A DNA stretch of 64,000 nt from Dictyostelium discoideum (lineage: Eukaryota): the NCBI GenBank assembly GCA_000004695.1, contig CM000151.3, positions 4,096,001 through 4,160,000 on the forward strand, written 5' to 3'. A program made the translations under genes and the position numbers. Below are positions 23,821 through 39,914 of the stretch, in pieces; within the stretch, counting starts at the first letter, position 1, and each line of letters starts with the position of its first letter. The notes under the pieces were generated by a model. The model worked only from the letters and a program-made list of their open reading frames with translations. It was not told the origin of the DNA and did no database searches.

Positions 23821-24596
23821 GAAAAAAAAAAAAAAAGAAAATGTAAAAAAAAAATCATAAAAAAAAATCAAGCACTCCACAAGATAAAATTTCAATGTTC
23901 ACAAACATTTGTCCAATAGAATCATTTTTGTTATTTTTAACTTTTTCCATACACTCCTCACTTTGAATTTATTTCAATTTTTTTTTTTCTTTTTATTTTT
24001 TTTCTTTAAAATTATTTTTTGAGTGTTGGAATCAAAAAATTTATCCAAGCTTTTAAAAATCATATGGAAATCCACAAATATTTCAAACACATGCAAACAC
24101 CCCCACACAATTGACCCCACTCATTTAAATTTTAATTTTAATTTCTTTTCTTTTTTTTTTTTTTTTTTTTTTTAATTTTTTTAAAAATATTGAGTTGTTT
24201 TTTCATTATTATTTTTATTATTATTATTATAATTATTTTTTTATTTTTTTTTTTATTTTTTTTATTAAATCAACACTAAAACTTCAAAAAAAAAAAAAAA
24301 AAAAAAAAAAAACAACTACCATCTTTTTAATGATTAATATTATTTTATATTTTTGATTAAATCAACTTCAAAAAAAAAAAAAAAAAAAAAAAAAACATTT
24401 TATATTTTCATTTAATAATTTTTGTTTTTTTTTTTTTTTTTGTCAACCAACAATAAATCTATCAATCCAATTATTAAATCAATCAAAAAAAAAAAAAAAA
24501 AAAAAAATTCCAACAATTGTATTTTTAATTTAAACCAATCAAAAAAAAAAATAAAAAAAAAAAAAACCAAAATAAAAACTAAAAATAAAATAAAAA

Positions 24597-25843
24597 ATGT
24601 TTTCTGATCAAAATAATAATAGTAATAGTAATAATAATAATAATAATAACAATAATAATAATAATAACAATAATAACAATAATAATTCTAGTCCAGTTTT
24701 TCTTTCAGAATTTAAATTATCTAAATTATCACATTTCCTTACTAACACTGAAAATATTAATATTAATAGTTCACCAATAATGCAAGGTAAAGGATTATCA
24801 GATACTAACCAAACAAAGGTTGAATTGAGAAATAAATTGATAAATAAAAATTCAAATTCAAATTCACCAATAATAAATGGTACTCCAACTCCAAACTCCC
24901 CATCACCATTATTCAACTCATCGTTACTACCACCATCATCTCCTTCCATAAATAATAATAATAATAATAATAATAACACTAATAATAGTAATAATAATAA
25001 TGTACAAAAAACTCCAATGAATACAAATTTAAATTTAAATAATATTAATTTATATAATACTATAAATAGTTCACAATCAGTACCATCATCACCACAAGGT
25101 TTGAATCAATCAAATTCATCACCATTATTAAATCAATCATCACCAAGTTGTTTTATGAAACAACCTCAATTCAATAACCAAATCCAACAACCACCAGTAC
25201 CACCACAACAGTTACAACCACAACAACCACAACAACCACTACAACCACAACAACCTCAACAATTTCCACAACTACAACAACCACAATTACCAATTCAACA
25301 ACAACAACAACAACAACAACTACAACAACAAAATCAACAATTCTTTAATGGATACCCACAACAAACTAATAGTGGACCACCATCATTTTCTGAATATTGT
25401 GATCCATCTATTTCAATAGCATCACAAAGAAGATCTTCTTACCCTGGTGTAACAACAATGTCACCAAATTTAATGGGTTTACCAATTAACAATCAAGTTC
25501 CAATTCAATTCCCACCTTCACAACAAGGTAAAGTTTATCTTTATATTTATATTTATATTTTAATATTTAAATAATTAATCTTTTTTTTTTTTCTCCAGAA
25601 TTAGGATTTTCACCACCATATTATCCAGTGTATTATACTCCACCACAACAATACTATTTTCAACAATCAATGTATCAATATCCACAACCAATGCCACCAA
25701 ATCAACAAATGTATACTAATGGACAACCAATTCAAACCCAACCAACATTTCATATTGGAACACCTCCACAACCACAACAAGCAATGTATACTAATGGAGC
25801 CTATATGAATGGTGCACCAATTCAAAACAATAATATACAATAT

Positions 25844-25874
<31 letters not shown>

Positions 25875-26758
25875 TACAAATGCAACAACAACAATTACAA
25901 ATGCAGCAACAACAAACAATTCAACAACAAATGCAACAACAACAACAACAACAACCAATTCAACAACAATCTCCACCCCAACAACAAGCAAATATACTGT
26001 CATCAACATCAACTTCATCATCATCAATACCAATAAATACAAACCCATTAATTAATGATTCAGCTGTTGATGATGACGATGGTTTAACAGAAACAAGTAA
26101 ATTAAAACCATCAAATTTAGCAGCTACTAAAATTAAAGTTGGAGAATGGGAATGTTCTGCATCATTCCCAGGTGATATCATTGCAAAATTTTATTTTACA
26201 AAAAAACAAATCGTTTGGGAACTTTTAAAACTTGGTTTAAAAAGCAAAATGGTCATTTCATTTAGTGAAATTACTGCAGTAAAGTAAGTTTTATTTTGTG
26301 ATAGTTATTAATTTCCTTTTTTTATTATTATTAATTATTTTTATTAATTATTAGAGTTGAAGATACATCAGATGATTCAGCAACATTATCAATTGAAATT
26401 AGTAAAGCACCAAAATTTTATAAAGAAGTTAATCCACAACCAAAAAAAAATACAACATGGAATTTATCAAATGATTTCACAGATAATCAAAGTGCATCAA
26501 CCTATAGAAGACATATCCTAACTTTTAAAAAATCATCATTAGCTAAGAATATCGTTAAACTACATAAAAGTGACCAAAAATTGAAAAAATTAATTGAAAA
26601 TCAACATTTTACAACAAATGATATTTATTTACCTGGTGAATCTCCAACTGATGATTATTCATATAGTAATAATAATAATAATAACAATAATAATAATAAT
26701 ATGAATAATAATAATAACAATAATGGTAATAATAATATTAATAATAATAATAATAATA

Positions 26759-26806
<48 letters not shown>

Positions 26807-27055
26807 GTATTAATAATAATGGTAATAATAATGGTAATAATAATAGTGGTAATAATAATAATAATAATAGCAATAATAATAATAATAATAATAATATGAA
26901 TAATAATAATAATAATATTAATAATATTAATAATATGAATAATAATGATAATAGTTGTAATAAAATAAATCTTTCATCTTCAATACCAACATCATCATCA
27001 AATTATAACTCATCATCCCCAATAAATGATTGTAATGAAAAGAAGAAATGTCCAG

Positions 27056-27100
<45 letters not shown>

Positions 27101-28065
27101 TTAACAATAGTAATAATAAATGTAATAATAATGTTTTTAATAGTAGTAATGGATCAGATCATTTCCAACATAATAATAACAATAACAATAATAACGATCA
27201 TTTAGTCGATTATCAAAATAATAATAATAACAATAATATTAATAATAATAATAATAATAATAATAGCAATAATAATAGTTTAACATCGTCAACAATTATG
27301 AATAATAGCACCAATTCAATATCACCATCATCAAATATGAATGGTAGTGGATTCGTTGATATACCCAATGGTAATAATAGTACAAATAATAGTTATGCAT
27401 CATATCAGTCAACTCCAATTATTACTAGTGGTGCTAATATTTCTTCTGATAATTTCTATTATGTACCACCAGTTACAAATAGTAATAATAATAATAATGA
27501 AAATATAAATAATAGCGGTGATAATTTAAACAAAAATACAAATACTACTAATAATAACAACAATAACAATAATAATAATAATCCATTATCATTTATATCT
27601 CCCCAACACAATCCATTGTATTTTGAAAATAATAATATCAATAATAGTAATAATAATAATAGTAATAACAATAATAATGTTTTAGGCGGCAATTTTAAAC
27701 AAAATTTATATTCACCAGATTATAGTAATAATAGCCCACAACTTTCAAAAGGATTCCAAAATATGGGTTTAAATTCACCTTCTATAAATTTTAATAATAA
27801 TAATATTGGTGATGGTATAATACAACAACAAACTTCACCAATATATTATGATAATAATATTGGTGTGGTTGTTGATAATAATAATAATATTAATAATGCC
27901 TTTCATAAACAAAATGCAAGATATTACTATAATGATACTAATAATATTAATATTGCAAATAATAATGGTTTGGAAAATAATAACAATAATAATACTGTTA
28001 CTTCTGAAGGCAATGATGAAATTGATGAAAAATCAAGATCAAAAAAATTAAAAAAAAATGTATAA
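24597..28065 (+). CDS. Large Q/N/P-rich low-complexity protein of 3 exons (24597..25527, 25599..26283, 26355..28065) with a small conserved central globular segment
   Basis: Donors CAAG|GTAAAG and GTAAA|GTAAGT. Acceptors ttctccag|AA and ttattag|A. Reading frames are continuous across both junctions. Central segment: GEWECSASFPGDIIAKFYFTKKQIVWELLKLG…SFSEITAVKVEDTSDDSATLSIEISKAPKFYKE. Confidence 0.6.
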
Positions 28066-28278
28066 TAGTAGTGCTTTTAATAGTATAATAAAAAAATAAA
28101 AATATTCTCCCTCTCCTCCTCTTTCAAAAAAAAAAAAAAAAAAAATATATAAATATATAAAAAAATAATCAAATACAAATAATAATATAAATAATATAAT
28201 ATTAATAATTTAAATATAAAAAAAGATAAAAAAAAAATAATCTTTTTTTTTTTTTTTTGTGTTTTTCTTGGATACAAC

Positions 28279-28320
<42 letters not shown>

Positions 28321-28398
28321 AAATAAAAAGTTATAATATAAAAAAAAAAAAAAAAAATCTTGTTTTCTAAATATACATTTTTCTTTTTTTTTATTGTG

Positions 28399-28521
<123 letters not shown>

Positions 28522-28526
28522 TATTA

Positions 28527-29207
28527 TTAAAAAGTCTTGTTTTTGTTCTCTTCAAAAAGTGGACGTAATTCACTTGACTCTTTTTCCATTTCTTCGTATG
28601 ATCTTGGTTCTCTCTCTTTTTCAATCTTTTTTATTTTTTTTTTTTTTTTTTATTTTTTTTATTTTTTTTTTTAGGTTAATATCAATATGAAGGTATATAT
28701 AAAAAAAAAAATAAAAAAAAATGAAAAATTTATAAATTACCTCGTTATAAATTTGATCGTTATTTTCAAAATCGAATTTCTTTCTTGGAATAATATGAAT
28801 ATGTACATGTTCGACAGTTTGACCTGCATTCTTTCCATCCTAATTAATTATTGTGAAATTATTAATACTTTTTTTTAAAAAATTATGTAAAAAAGATTGG
28901 GTATAAATATAAATATAAATATAAATATAAATAAAAATATAAATAAAATAAATACCTGAATTGCAAATGTTATTCCATCACCATTGAAATGTTCTTCTAC
29001 AACAGATGAAATTCTTTGAGCGGATAACCAAAGATCAGTGAATTCTTCTTTTGTTAAATCTTTAACTCTTGGTACAATTCTTTTTGGACATACTAATACG
29101 TGACCTGGAAGTACAGGTTTCAAATTAACCAATGCAAAAGATAATTCTGTAGTAAAAAATATTTCTGATTGTCTGATTAACCAAGGTCCAAAATATGTTG
29201 TTGTCAT
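28527..29207 (-). CDS. fhit: FHIT-like bis(5'-adenosyl)-triphosphatase (HIT family), 149 aa. Exons 29207..28956, 28839..28741 and 28625..28527.
   Basis: Aligns end to end with human [26 protein letters not shown] with [42 protein letters not shown] with [20 protein letters not shown] (HIT histidine triad). [17 protein letters not shown] with RSEEEMAAEAAALR. Donors CAG|GTATTT and GAG|GTAATT. Acceptors aattag|GAT and aaaaag|ATT. All exons are phase 0: 252, 99 and 99 nt. Confidence 0.85.
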
Positions 29208-29306
29208 AATTAACTATTACTATTTTTATATCTTTAATTAAACAAAAAAAAAAAAAAAAAAAATAAAAAAAAAAATAAAAAAAAAAAAATAAAAAAAAAT
29301 GATCAC

Positions 29307-29379
<73 letters not shown>

Positions 29380-30090
29380 CTCTGAAAATTTAATTTTATT
29401 TTTTTATTTTTAAATTTTTTATTTTTAAAAAATCACCAATTTTGGAAAATATAATTTTATGTAAATTTTGGAAATCCTAATTTAAAAAAAATTATTTTTC
29501 TTATAAGACTCTTTAGAAATAATTAATTATAATAATTATTGTAATGAACGACTACTGCTTTCGTTACATCCTCCAATTTTAAAATCTTATCAATCATAAT
29601 ATTTTCAAAGAATCTCTTGAATTTTTTTTTTTTTTTTGTTTAATTAATGATATACATATATTTTTTATTTTAATATTCTTTTAAAAAAAAATATAATAAT
29701 AAAAATAAAATTGAAAAAAGAATAGGGAATATTCTTATTTTTTTATTTTTAAAAATTATGAATAAATTCTTATTTTTCATTTTTCTGTGAATAAAAAAAA
29801 AAATCAATTTTTTTTTTATTTTAATTTTTTTTTTGAGAAAAATCTAGAAAAAGATTTTTTTTGTCATCAATTTTTTGAAATAAGTTGGTTTTTAAAAAAA
29901 AAAAAAAAAAATTCATTAAGCTTATCTATCATGCACGCAGTCAAAACATAATGGAATTATAAAAAAAAAAAAAAAAATAAAGTATAACAAATAAAAAACA
30001 TAAAAAAAAAAAAATATATAAAATCAAAAAAATAAATTAATAAATAAATATAAAAATAAATAAATAAATATAAAAATATTAAGAAATAAA

Positions 30091-33000
30091 ATGGAACCAC
30101 CATCACCATTAATTAAATCAAATTTAACAATTCATGAATTGAATGTTAATTTATTTGAACCAATAATTACAGAAGAGAATGATAAAAAGGTAGCCTCAAT
30201 TGATGGTATTTTAAAAGCAACTCTTCAAATTCCAATTCAATCAACAAAAAGAAAATTATTATTAATTGTAATTGTTGATAAGAGTAGATCAATTCAAACT
30301 GCATGGTTTCAAATTCAATCAACTCTTTTAAATTTATTTTCAATGATTAGTAATGTTGATCAAGAAATTATTTTAGAAATTTTATTCTTTAATAGTTTTT
30401 GTTATAGATTAAAATATACAAAAGGTAAAAAAAAAAAAAAAATAAAATAAAAAAATAAAAAATATTAACTTTTTATTTTATTTTATTTTAATTTATTATA
30501 CAGAAAATTTTAGAGAATTAATTTTAAATGAGAAACCAAATGGTAAAACATGTTTTGCAGCAGCATTTTCAATGACAGAAGATACAATTAAAAAATATTA
30601 TAAGATTAGTTCAGAATTTAAAAGTGAAAGAGATTTTGATACACAAACTGATACAGCAATTGTATTATTAACAGATGGTAGTCATACAACTACAAGAGAT
30701 CATAAAAAGGCATTTAATAATTTACGTAATACTATTGATTTGGTTAAAAATGCATCCATTGTAACAAGTACAATGGGTTTTACACCAAATTCACGTTTTA
30801 CTGATTTAGATGGTATTAGAAGATTATTGGGTAATTCACCAGGTATTTACCAATATAGTGATCCTTCCGATGGTGCATATGCTCTTCAAGAGAAATTAAC
30901 TTTTATTTTAAAATATGTTTTAAATTCAAGTAATACATTTAATTTAAATATTAAAATTGAAACAATATATAATAATAATACTACTACTACTACTACTACA
31001 ACTGATGGTTCAACTACTACTACCACTACCCCTACTACTGTTGATAATCAAAAAAGTTTAATAACATTTAATAACGAAACTATTAAAAGTTCAATTAAAA
31101 AGAATTATCAATTAACATTTGATCAATTTGGTATTGGTGAAATATCATTAGGTATAAATTCAAGTGGTTATAATATATCAGAGATTATAGTTGATTTCGA
31201 TATTAATGGTGATGAAAAATTGAGAGAAATTAAATCAATTAAAGCAACAATAAAGAATGATCAATCAGAGGAATCAAAATATTATACAATTTTAATTGGT
31301 TTAGATTCAAAGATTAATTTATTGTTAAATGAAATTGAAAGATTTAATGTAACAAATAAACCAAGTGAGAAGCAAAAATCTGAATATTTAAAACAGATAA
31401 TTCAATATCAAAGTAAATTAAGTGAAATTGATAATATGAAGTTATTTAGAATTAAATCTGCAAATCGTTCAGAATTGGTTGAATTAAAGCAACAATCATT
31501 GAATATGACATCACAGCTATTGGATTTAATTAATAGTTGGGATCGTTCTGAATGGTCAACCACATCAAATGCTCGTGTTGCTGATATTACCTATCGTTAT
31601 TTATTTAAGAATACAGGTCGTCAAAGACGTATGAATTTAAAGGTTGCTAGAAATTCAACAAATATTAAAGAGGAAGCAAATAAATTCAAAGATTTACAAA
31701 TTGATATGGATGAATTGGAGGATATTGCAGATGGTGATGACGAAAAGCAGTCATCACTTTTAGAAGCCTCAAAGCAATTATTTACCGATGTTTTATCTTT
31801 ATCAGATTGGACTGAAGCTTTGGAGGAAAAGGATATTATGGGTTTCGGTTTATCAATTCAAAGACCTGAATCTGTAATTGATGATCCAACTCAAATTCGT
31901 ATTCAAGATATTTCAACCACTTTTATTTGTAAATCTTCAATTGAGGATGCTATTGCTTTATCATTGGAGGTTCACGGTCAAGAAAAGACTACTGGTGGCT
32001 TTGAAGTTGGTCATGATAAACAGTCGGTTGCAGTTAGGGGTAGAGGTAGAGAAGCTATCAACTCTTTCTTACCATTATATTTACATAAAGAACATTGGAA
32101 ACCAATTAAATATCAATTAAAGAATATCATTGCCTATTTTGTAACTTTAGATCCATTGGCTTTCTCTTTTGATCAAATTAATGCTTTATTCTTGGTTTTA
32201 GGTACATTAATTTCAAAGAATGATATTGGTGAACGTGAACTACTCTTGGCAATTCAATTCACTCGTACATTACGTGAAGTTGCTGTTCATCTTAATTTCA
32301 TACCAAGAATGTTACAACAATTAGATGCAATTGTAAATAATCCAATTTATTTAATATCTGCTCAACCAAAGAATTTATTCGTTTTAACTTCTTATCTTTT
32401 GGTGCTCACTGATAAAGAATTGGAAACTGTATTTAAAAATGGTTCAAATGATCATTTTAAATTATGGCAAAATATTTTAGAATCTTCAATTCGTCGTGCT
32501 TGTTATACATTTTTTGATAAAATGGAACAAACTAAAATTGATTCTTTCTTATTTCAAATTTTATTTGGTAGTTCAAATGAAAAAATTCAAGAAATTGATA
32601 ATGATAATGGTAATCTTGAAAAAGAACCAAATGAATTATTTGATTTATTATTAAATTATAAATTTGATCAAATTAAATTTAATGAGCAACAAGATTATGC
32701 TGAATTATTAAATATTAAAAAGAAAACTTTCACTGATGATGATGTAGATCAATCACGTACTATTAAAAGAGTAAATCTAGAAATGGTTCAATCAATGATA
32801 AGAATTTCAAATTTATTAGAGAATAGAGGTTATCCAAATATTACTATATTATTAAATTCATTAAGATATGTTAAAACTTGGAGATCAATTTATAAAGATC
32901 AAGATAATATATTCAATGTAATCGATTCAAGATATGGTATTCCACCAACTGAATATATTGAAATTATGAAAAATGGTACAAGATCTTCTTCAACAACTGG

Positions 33001-33676
33001 TAATTCTGTTGTTAATAATAATAATAATAATAATGGTATTGGTAATTTCATTAATACAATTAATAAATTCTATGGTGATTCTTTAAATTTTACACCTGAA
33101 ATTTTATTAGATCATTTAAGAGCTATGATCGTTCAAGCAGTTTCTTATAGAATTAATAGACATGCCACTTTTGCTGTAGTTGAAAAGAAATTAGAAACTA
33201 GTGTATTCGATGATCATAAGAAATGTATTTCAAATATTACCAATGATGTTATGTATCGTGCAGCTGATGCAATTAGATCAATGAAAGCAATTTTAATGTT
33301 TTCTGCAACTATGGATAAGGCTGCAAGATCAACTACAATGGATGATTTTATCAGTACAATTCCACCTATTAGAAATTCATTTTTTATGAAATTCGTTCAC
33401 TCTTTAATGGGTTTTGGTAATAATCAATTTGGTGAATTAAAATTTGTTGTATTCCTTTCAAATATCTTTGTAACTTGTGATGATTATGGTACTATTTCAA
33501 CTAGAAAAATCAAAGATCACACTTGGGATTTTGGTAAACATTTTTATAAAGTTATGATTAGATCATTTGGTATTGATAAAACAAAACAAATCGTTCAAAA
33601 AGTTAATCATCATATTTATTTACATGATCGTAAAATTTTTTATCAAAATGATGATGGTGTTTGGGAAAATAATTAA
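30091..33676 (+). CDS. von Willebrand factor A (vWA) domain protein, ~1168 aa. Exons 30091..30424 and 30504..33676. The C-terminal ~900 aa is of unknown function.
   Basis: The N-terminal vWA fold has a MIDAS-like motif LLLIVIVDKSRS (DxSxS), then …TCFAAAF… and AIVLLTDGSHTT. No signal peptide. Donor AAAG|GTAAAA; acceptor tatacag|AA. Confidence 0.6.
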
Positions 33677-33799
33677 ATTAAATTAAATTAAAATAAAATA
33701 AATTAAAATAAAATAAAAATTGAATTTAAAAAATAATTATCATTCTGTTGCATTATTTATTTATTTTTTTTTTTATTTTTTCATTTTTTTTTTTATATT

Positions 33800-34219
33800 T
33801 TAGAAATAACAAAATGGATTTAAAAAACTAAAAAATGAACTTATAAATGATGAACTTTTATTCTTGTTAATTGGAAGTGGTTCAGGTGAACCAATGCTAA
33901 TCCAAGATGTACCATTTACAAATAAATATGAATCTGATGGAGAATTTGATAAATAAATTGAAACTTCTCTTACAACTTCATTACCATTATCAATTGTTCT
34001 ATTCAATACAATTGTTGAACTATTGAATGAAACTATTGACCTAATATTTCCAATATTTAATGGAATTCCACTATTAATTCTTACTGAATAATGATTTTTA
34101 ATTCTCTTTAAAAATAATCCACTTAAAACAATTTTATCTTTTTCTTCATTCATTTTTACACTATTTATAATTGGTTCTATATATAAATATTAAATTATTA
34201 TTATTAATATCTTTGATTT

Positions 34220-34267
<48 letters not shown>

Positions 34268-35107
34268 AAATATAATATACTTTACTTATTGGTAAAATAA
34301 TGAAATGAGCATTATCATTAAATGAAATTACATTTGTTGAATTTTCACAAATTTCAAATGATGCAATATTTTTATCATTTTGTACTTTTGGAGTATATGA
34401 AAAGAATTTATTTTTATCTTTTTCACGTGTTATTATTGGTGTTGGACATGCAAGTGGTGAATAATAAGTAATGATGTAATCTTGACCATTTCTTATTACA
34501 TCTGGTGGGTAAGTACCTGAACTACAAATGAAATTTAAAATTGTGGAAATCTTTGTTGATGTTGAATAAATACAAACTTGTAAATCATTACCATCTTCAC
34601 CAAATTTAATATCAATAACATCACTCATTTTATTTATTGATGTAATATCCTTACAAATTTGACTACCATTTACACCTGTAATTTTTTCACAAATACTACT
34701 TGCTCCACATAAACTAAAATGAATCTTTTTTTTTTTTTTTTTTAAGCCATTGAAATTAAAAATATTAATAAAAATAAAAATTATTAATTTTATTATTATT
34801 ATTGTTATTATTTATTTACCATTTCAGGATAAAATAATTTTGTAAAATCTTGACCTTCCATTTTTGATAAATCAATTGAATATGTATCAGTTGAATAAAT
34901 ACAATCTTGATGTGATGAACCAGTTGATAATCGGAAATTATTAATTTTACCTTGAACTTCAACTTCAACAACATTATCAGGAGTTTGTTTAAATGATTTC
35001 AACCATTGTTGATCATTACTTGTATCTAATATTTTTTCTTGACTTGAATAAACCAAATTATAAATAAAAATATTTATAAAAATAAAAATATAATTTTTGG
35101 AATTCAT
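33800..35107 (-). CDS. Secreted, probably GPI-anchored protein of ~367 aa with two internal Cys-containing repeats. Exons 35107..34820, 34724..34286 and 34176..33800.
   Basis: Signal peptide MNSKNYIFIFINIFIYNLVYS. Repeated modules DCIYSTDTYSIDLS and QVCIYSTSTKISTILNFICSSGT. The C-terminal Ser-rich stretch ends in a hydrophobic tail (SSSFISSFFSFLNPFCYF), typical of a GPI signal. Donors ATG|GTAAAT and ATAA|GTAAAG. Acceptors aaaaag|ATT and tatatag|AA. The CDS is 1104 nt and in frame. Confidence 0.55.
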
Positions 35108-35308
35108 TTTATTTAAATAATTATTTATTTAATAAAAAAAAAAATAAAAAAAATATTTAAATAATAATAAACTAAGCAAATAAAAAAAAAAAAAAAATCA
35201 AAAAAATATATAAATAATAATAATTTAAATTGAAATTTTTTGTTTTGATATTATCAATATTAAATTCAAAGATTACACCCACCTTCTTACATTAGCCCTA
35301 CCAACCCC

Positions 35309-35343
<35 letters not shown>

Positions 35344-35814
35344 AAACTACAAATTTTTTTTTTTATAATTATTCTTTTCATTCAAATAATTATTTATATT
35401 ATTTATATTTCAAATTTAATATAACATACAAATAAAAAATTATATATGTATATATATTAAAAAAATAAAACTGAACTTCAAAATACTTAATCTTAAAGGG
35501 TTTTTTTTTATTATAAAAATTAAAAAAAAAAAATGAAAAATAATTTTCCTTTTTTGAAAAATCAAAATCATTATGATTATTTTGATTTTCTGAATTTGGT
35601 CATAAAAAAAAACCCTTTTAAGTTTAAAAGATCTTTTTACCTTTTTTTGATTATAATTATTTTTAATTTTTATTTTTTTTTTACTTAAAATTTTTAAAAA
35701 AAAAAAAACTATAAATAAAAAAAAAAAAAAAGCATTAATATTCTCAAACAAGCCCATTTTTGAAATTATAAATTCCAATTAAAAAAATATATAATAATTA
35801 TAAAAGATAAAAAA

Positions 35815-36808
<994 letters not shown>

Positions 36809-37179
36809 AATTAACTCTTCTTTCTCTATAATCACTTTCCCCCCCCCCTCATCTCACTCACACACACCTCCAACCATTACTTTATATAATTATTACTCTA
36901 TTAATAATATTATTATACTATCTCTCTCATATGTATCTTATTTTTTTAACTAATTAAAATTAATAAAGATAAATTTAAAAAAAAAAAAAAAATATATTCC
37001 AACCATTGATCTTGTTTTAATAATTATTCTATTAATTGAAAAAAAAAAAATAATAAAAAAAGGATATTTATAAATATCTTTTTATTTATTTAATTTGTTT
37101 TTTTTTTTTTTTTTTTTTTTCTATTGTTTTAATATTTTAATATTTTATTTTATTTAAAAATTATAATTTATAACTATTT

Positions 37180-38494
37180 TTAAAATATTAATTCTTCATC
37201 TTCTACAGCTTCTGATTTTAATCTATTTAAATGAGGTAAAACATCAAATTGAGAAACGAAAAGAGTAAAAGATAATTGAGAGAAAACTAAAAATTCTGAA
37301 GCCAATACTTCTTTTTTACTGATATCAAACCTTTTTTCAACCTGTTCAAAGAATGGACCCAATGCATTCTCCATTGCTTTAGTATCATTGAATTTAGCAG
37401 CCAATAAGAGACAAGTTGAAGCGACCAATTTAAAGTTTGAACGAGGTATTAAATTTTTCATAATAAGTTTTTCAATTAATACATAAGCCAAACCCAATGT
37501 GCTAATCTCTAAACCTGATTGAATTGTGATTTTCTTTAGCTTTCTTTTAATCTTTCTAATTTTATATAATGTAATACCAGGTTGACTAATCCATTGATGT
37601 TTTTGTCTAAACTGTTCATTTAATTCCTCTTTGATTGCACCTTTCTTTATGAATGGGAAAATCGATACTTTATAACTTGGTAAATTCATTACGGTTCTAT
37701 GTTTTCCAGTTTTCAATTCAGAGTTATCTAAAAAGGTTGGGTCATATTTAAGTGGAACACCATTGCAATCTAATTCATCACCAATTAGATCATTATCATT
37801 TTCACTTGCTAATAAATGTGCATATGATATCTCTTTCTTTCCATTTAAACCAAGATTATTAAGAATTGATTCTTTACTTAAATAAAAGTTTGTACCACCA
37901 CTACCACCTCCACCACCGCCACCACTACTATTACCACTACCTCCAACACCAATACCACCATTAATTAACATTTGTCCATCACTACCACTACAATTAATAT
38001 TACCACCCATAATCATATTATTATTATCAATATTTGCATTGTTTAAAGAATTAATATTTAAATTTTCCTTATTTTTAATACCACTATGATGATGATGGTG
38101 GTGATCTTTTTTACTAGTTTTTAATTTAGTTTTACGAGATTCACCTTTAATTAAAGAAAATACAGAAATTGGATGACCATTTGGTGTTACAAATACAATT
38201 TTTTGTTGAATTGATAAATTATAATTTGAATTATATTCTTCAATTGTATTTCTTTTCTTTGTTGGTTTTTGTTTTGATAATTCTTGTTGTGATTGTAATT
38301 GTAATTGAGACATCTGATGTTTCGGTGGTGGTTGTTGATATTGTAAATGTGGTTGTGGCGGTATCATATTTTGATTCTTTAAAAGTTGTTGTTGTTGTTG
38401 TTGTGATTGTTGTTGTTCACTCCTTTGTTGAATTTGATTTAATAAATTTGGTGGTAATGAATTTGGTGAACCACTATAAAAATTATTTTGTTGC

Positions 38495-38561
<67 letters not shown>

Positions 38562-38563
38562 GC

Positions 38564-38636
<73 letters not shown>

Positions 38637-38653
38637 GCTGCTGTTGTTGTTGC

Positions 38654-38723
<70 letters not shown>

Positions 38724-38729
38724 GATTTT

Positions 38730-38760
<31 letters not shown>

Positions 38761-39094
38761 TAGATTTTGTTGAGCCTGTTGTTGAGCTATTTGATCTAAT
38801 ATAATACCATCATTTTTATCATATATATTGAGTTTATTATTTTCATAATCTCTTTCAAATATATTTTCTAAATTATTATTTTCATTATCATTATCGAAAT
38901 TATTATTATTATTATTTATAGTATCATCTCTATTATCTAATGATATTGGTTCTTTTAAAGGTGTACTATGAATTGAAGGATTTAAATTTAATATTGGTGT
39001 ACTATTATTACCACTATTAATGTTTGTATCATTCTTTTTACTATTATTCTCACCAAGACTAATACCTGTTAAAAAATTCATTGCTTCTTTTCTA

Positions 39095-39192
<98 letters not shown>

Positions 39193-39914
39193 TAATAATA
39201 AAAATTATGTTAACAATGTATAATATATATATTAATATATATAAGAATAACTTACTTGACAGTTTTTGTTGAATAATTTGAAATTATATCTAAAAATAAA
39301 GATAATTGAGAATCAGGAATTTTAGTGAAAGAACCTTTTGAATGGGCTAAATCTGATAAAACTGGATGAGGTTCAAAGATTGTTCTTGGTATTGGATCCA
39401 AGAAAATCTTATCAAATTGTACCAACACATCAAATGTTCTTTCGGTTTCACCTTTAGAGGTAGTATCATTGATTGGTTGTGGATCATGAATTACAGTTGA
39501 TTGAGAAACAATACGGTCAGTTCTTTGTTTATTTAGTGTGGATATTGAAAAAAAGAATCTATCACCTTTTTTAAGTGGTGCATCTTGTCTATTCTTTATA
39601 TTTAGTTTAACTTTTGATCCAACTTTAGCTTCAATGGTTTTATAAGTACTAATTTTTAAATTAAATATCCATGATTGGTTACCTAGACCATCAGTAGATT
39701 GACTTCTACTTTTTATATTTGTTATTGATGTTGGTATTGCTGTAGATGATGATGACGATGATGAAGATGATGAAGATGATGAGGATGATGATTTCTTTTT
39801 ACTACTACTACTACTACCACTACTACCACTACTAATACCACTACTACCACTATTATTATTATTGCCCATTTTCTTAAAAAAAGACATTTTTTCTGTTTTA
39901 CCACTACTGCTCAT
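37180..39914 (-). CDS. Cyclin-box-fold protein (CABLES-like?), ~856 aa. Exons 39914..39256 and 39091..37180. Internal polyQ tract of ~95 residues.
   Basis: Donor GTCAA|GTAAGT, acceptor tatattag|A, frame conserved. The intron contains (AAT)~30. The C-terminus has a cyclin-like helical signature (LEISTLGLAYVLIEKLI…KLVASTCLLLAAKFND…). The polyQ is encoded by ~280 bp of pure (CAA)n on the coding strand. Confidence 0.55.
38476..38760. repeat. (TTG)n on the plus strand, (CAA)n coding on the minus strand: ~95 units encoding polyQ
   Basis: Near-perfect trinucleotide array, visible directly. Confidence 0.9.

Noticed and set aside
22000-24596. Short ORFs rich in K/F (e.g. 22616..22822, 23434..23763, 24422..24607)
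   Set aside because: Homopolymer-driven (poly-A/poly-T) translations in a >90% A+T intergenic region. No splice or start context.
35440-35778. 112-aa minus-strand [14 protein letters not shown]…
   Set aside because: Low-complexity K/I/F-rich reading of an AT-rich intergenic spacer upstream of the GST gene.
38169-38804. Plus-strand ORFs (211 aa polyV; 91 aa polyL) opposite the cyclin-box gene
   Set aside because: Antisense or frameshifted reading of the (CAA)95 tract.
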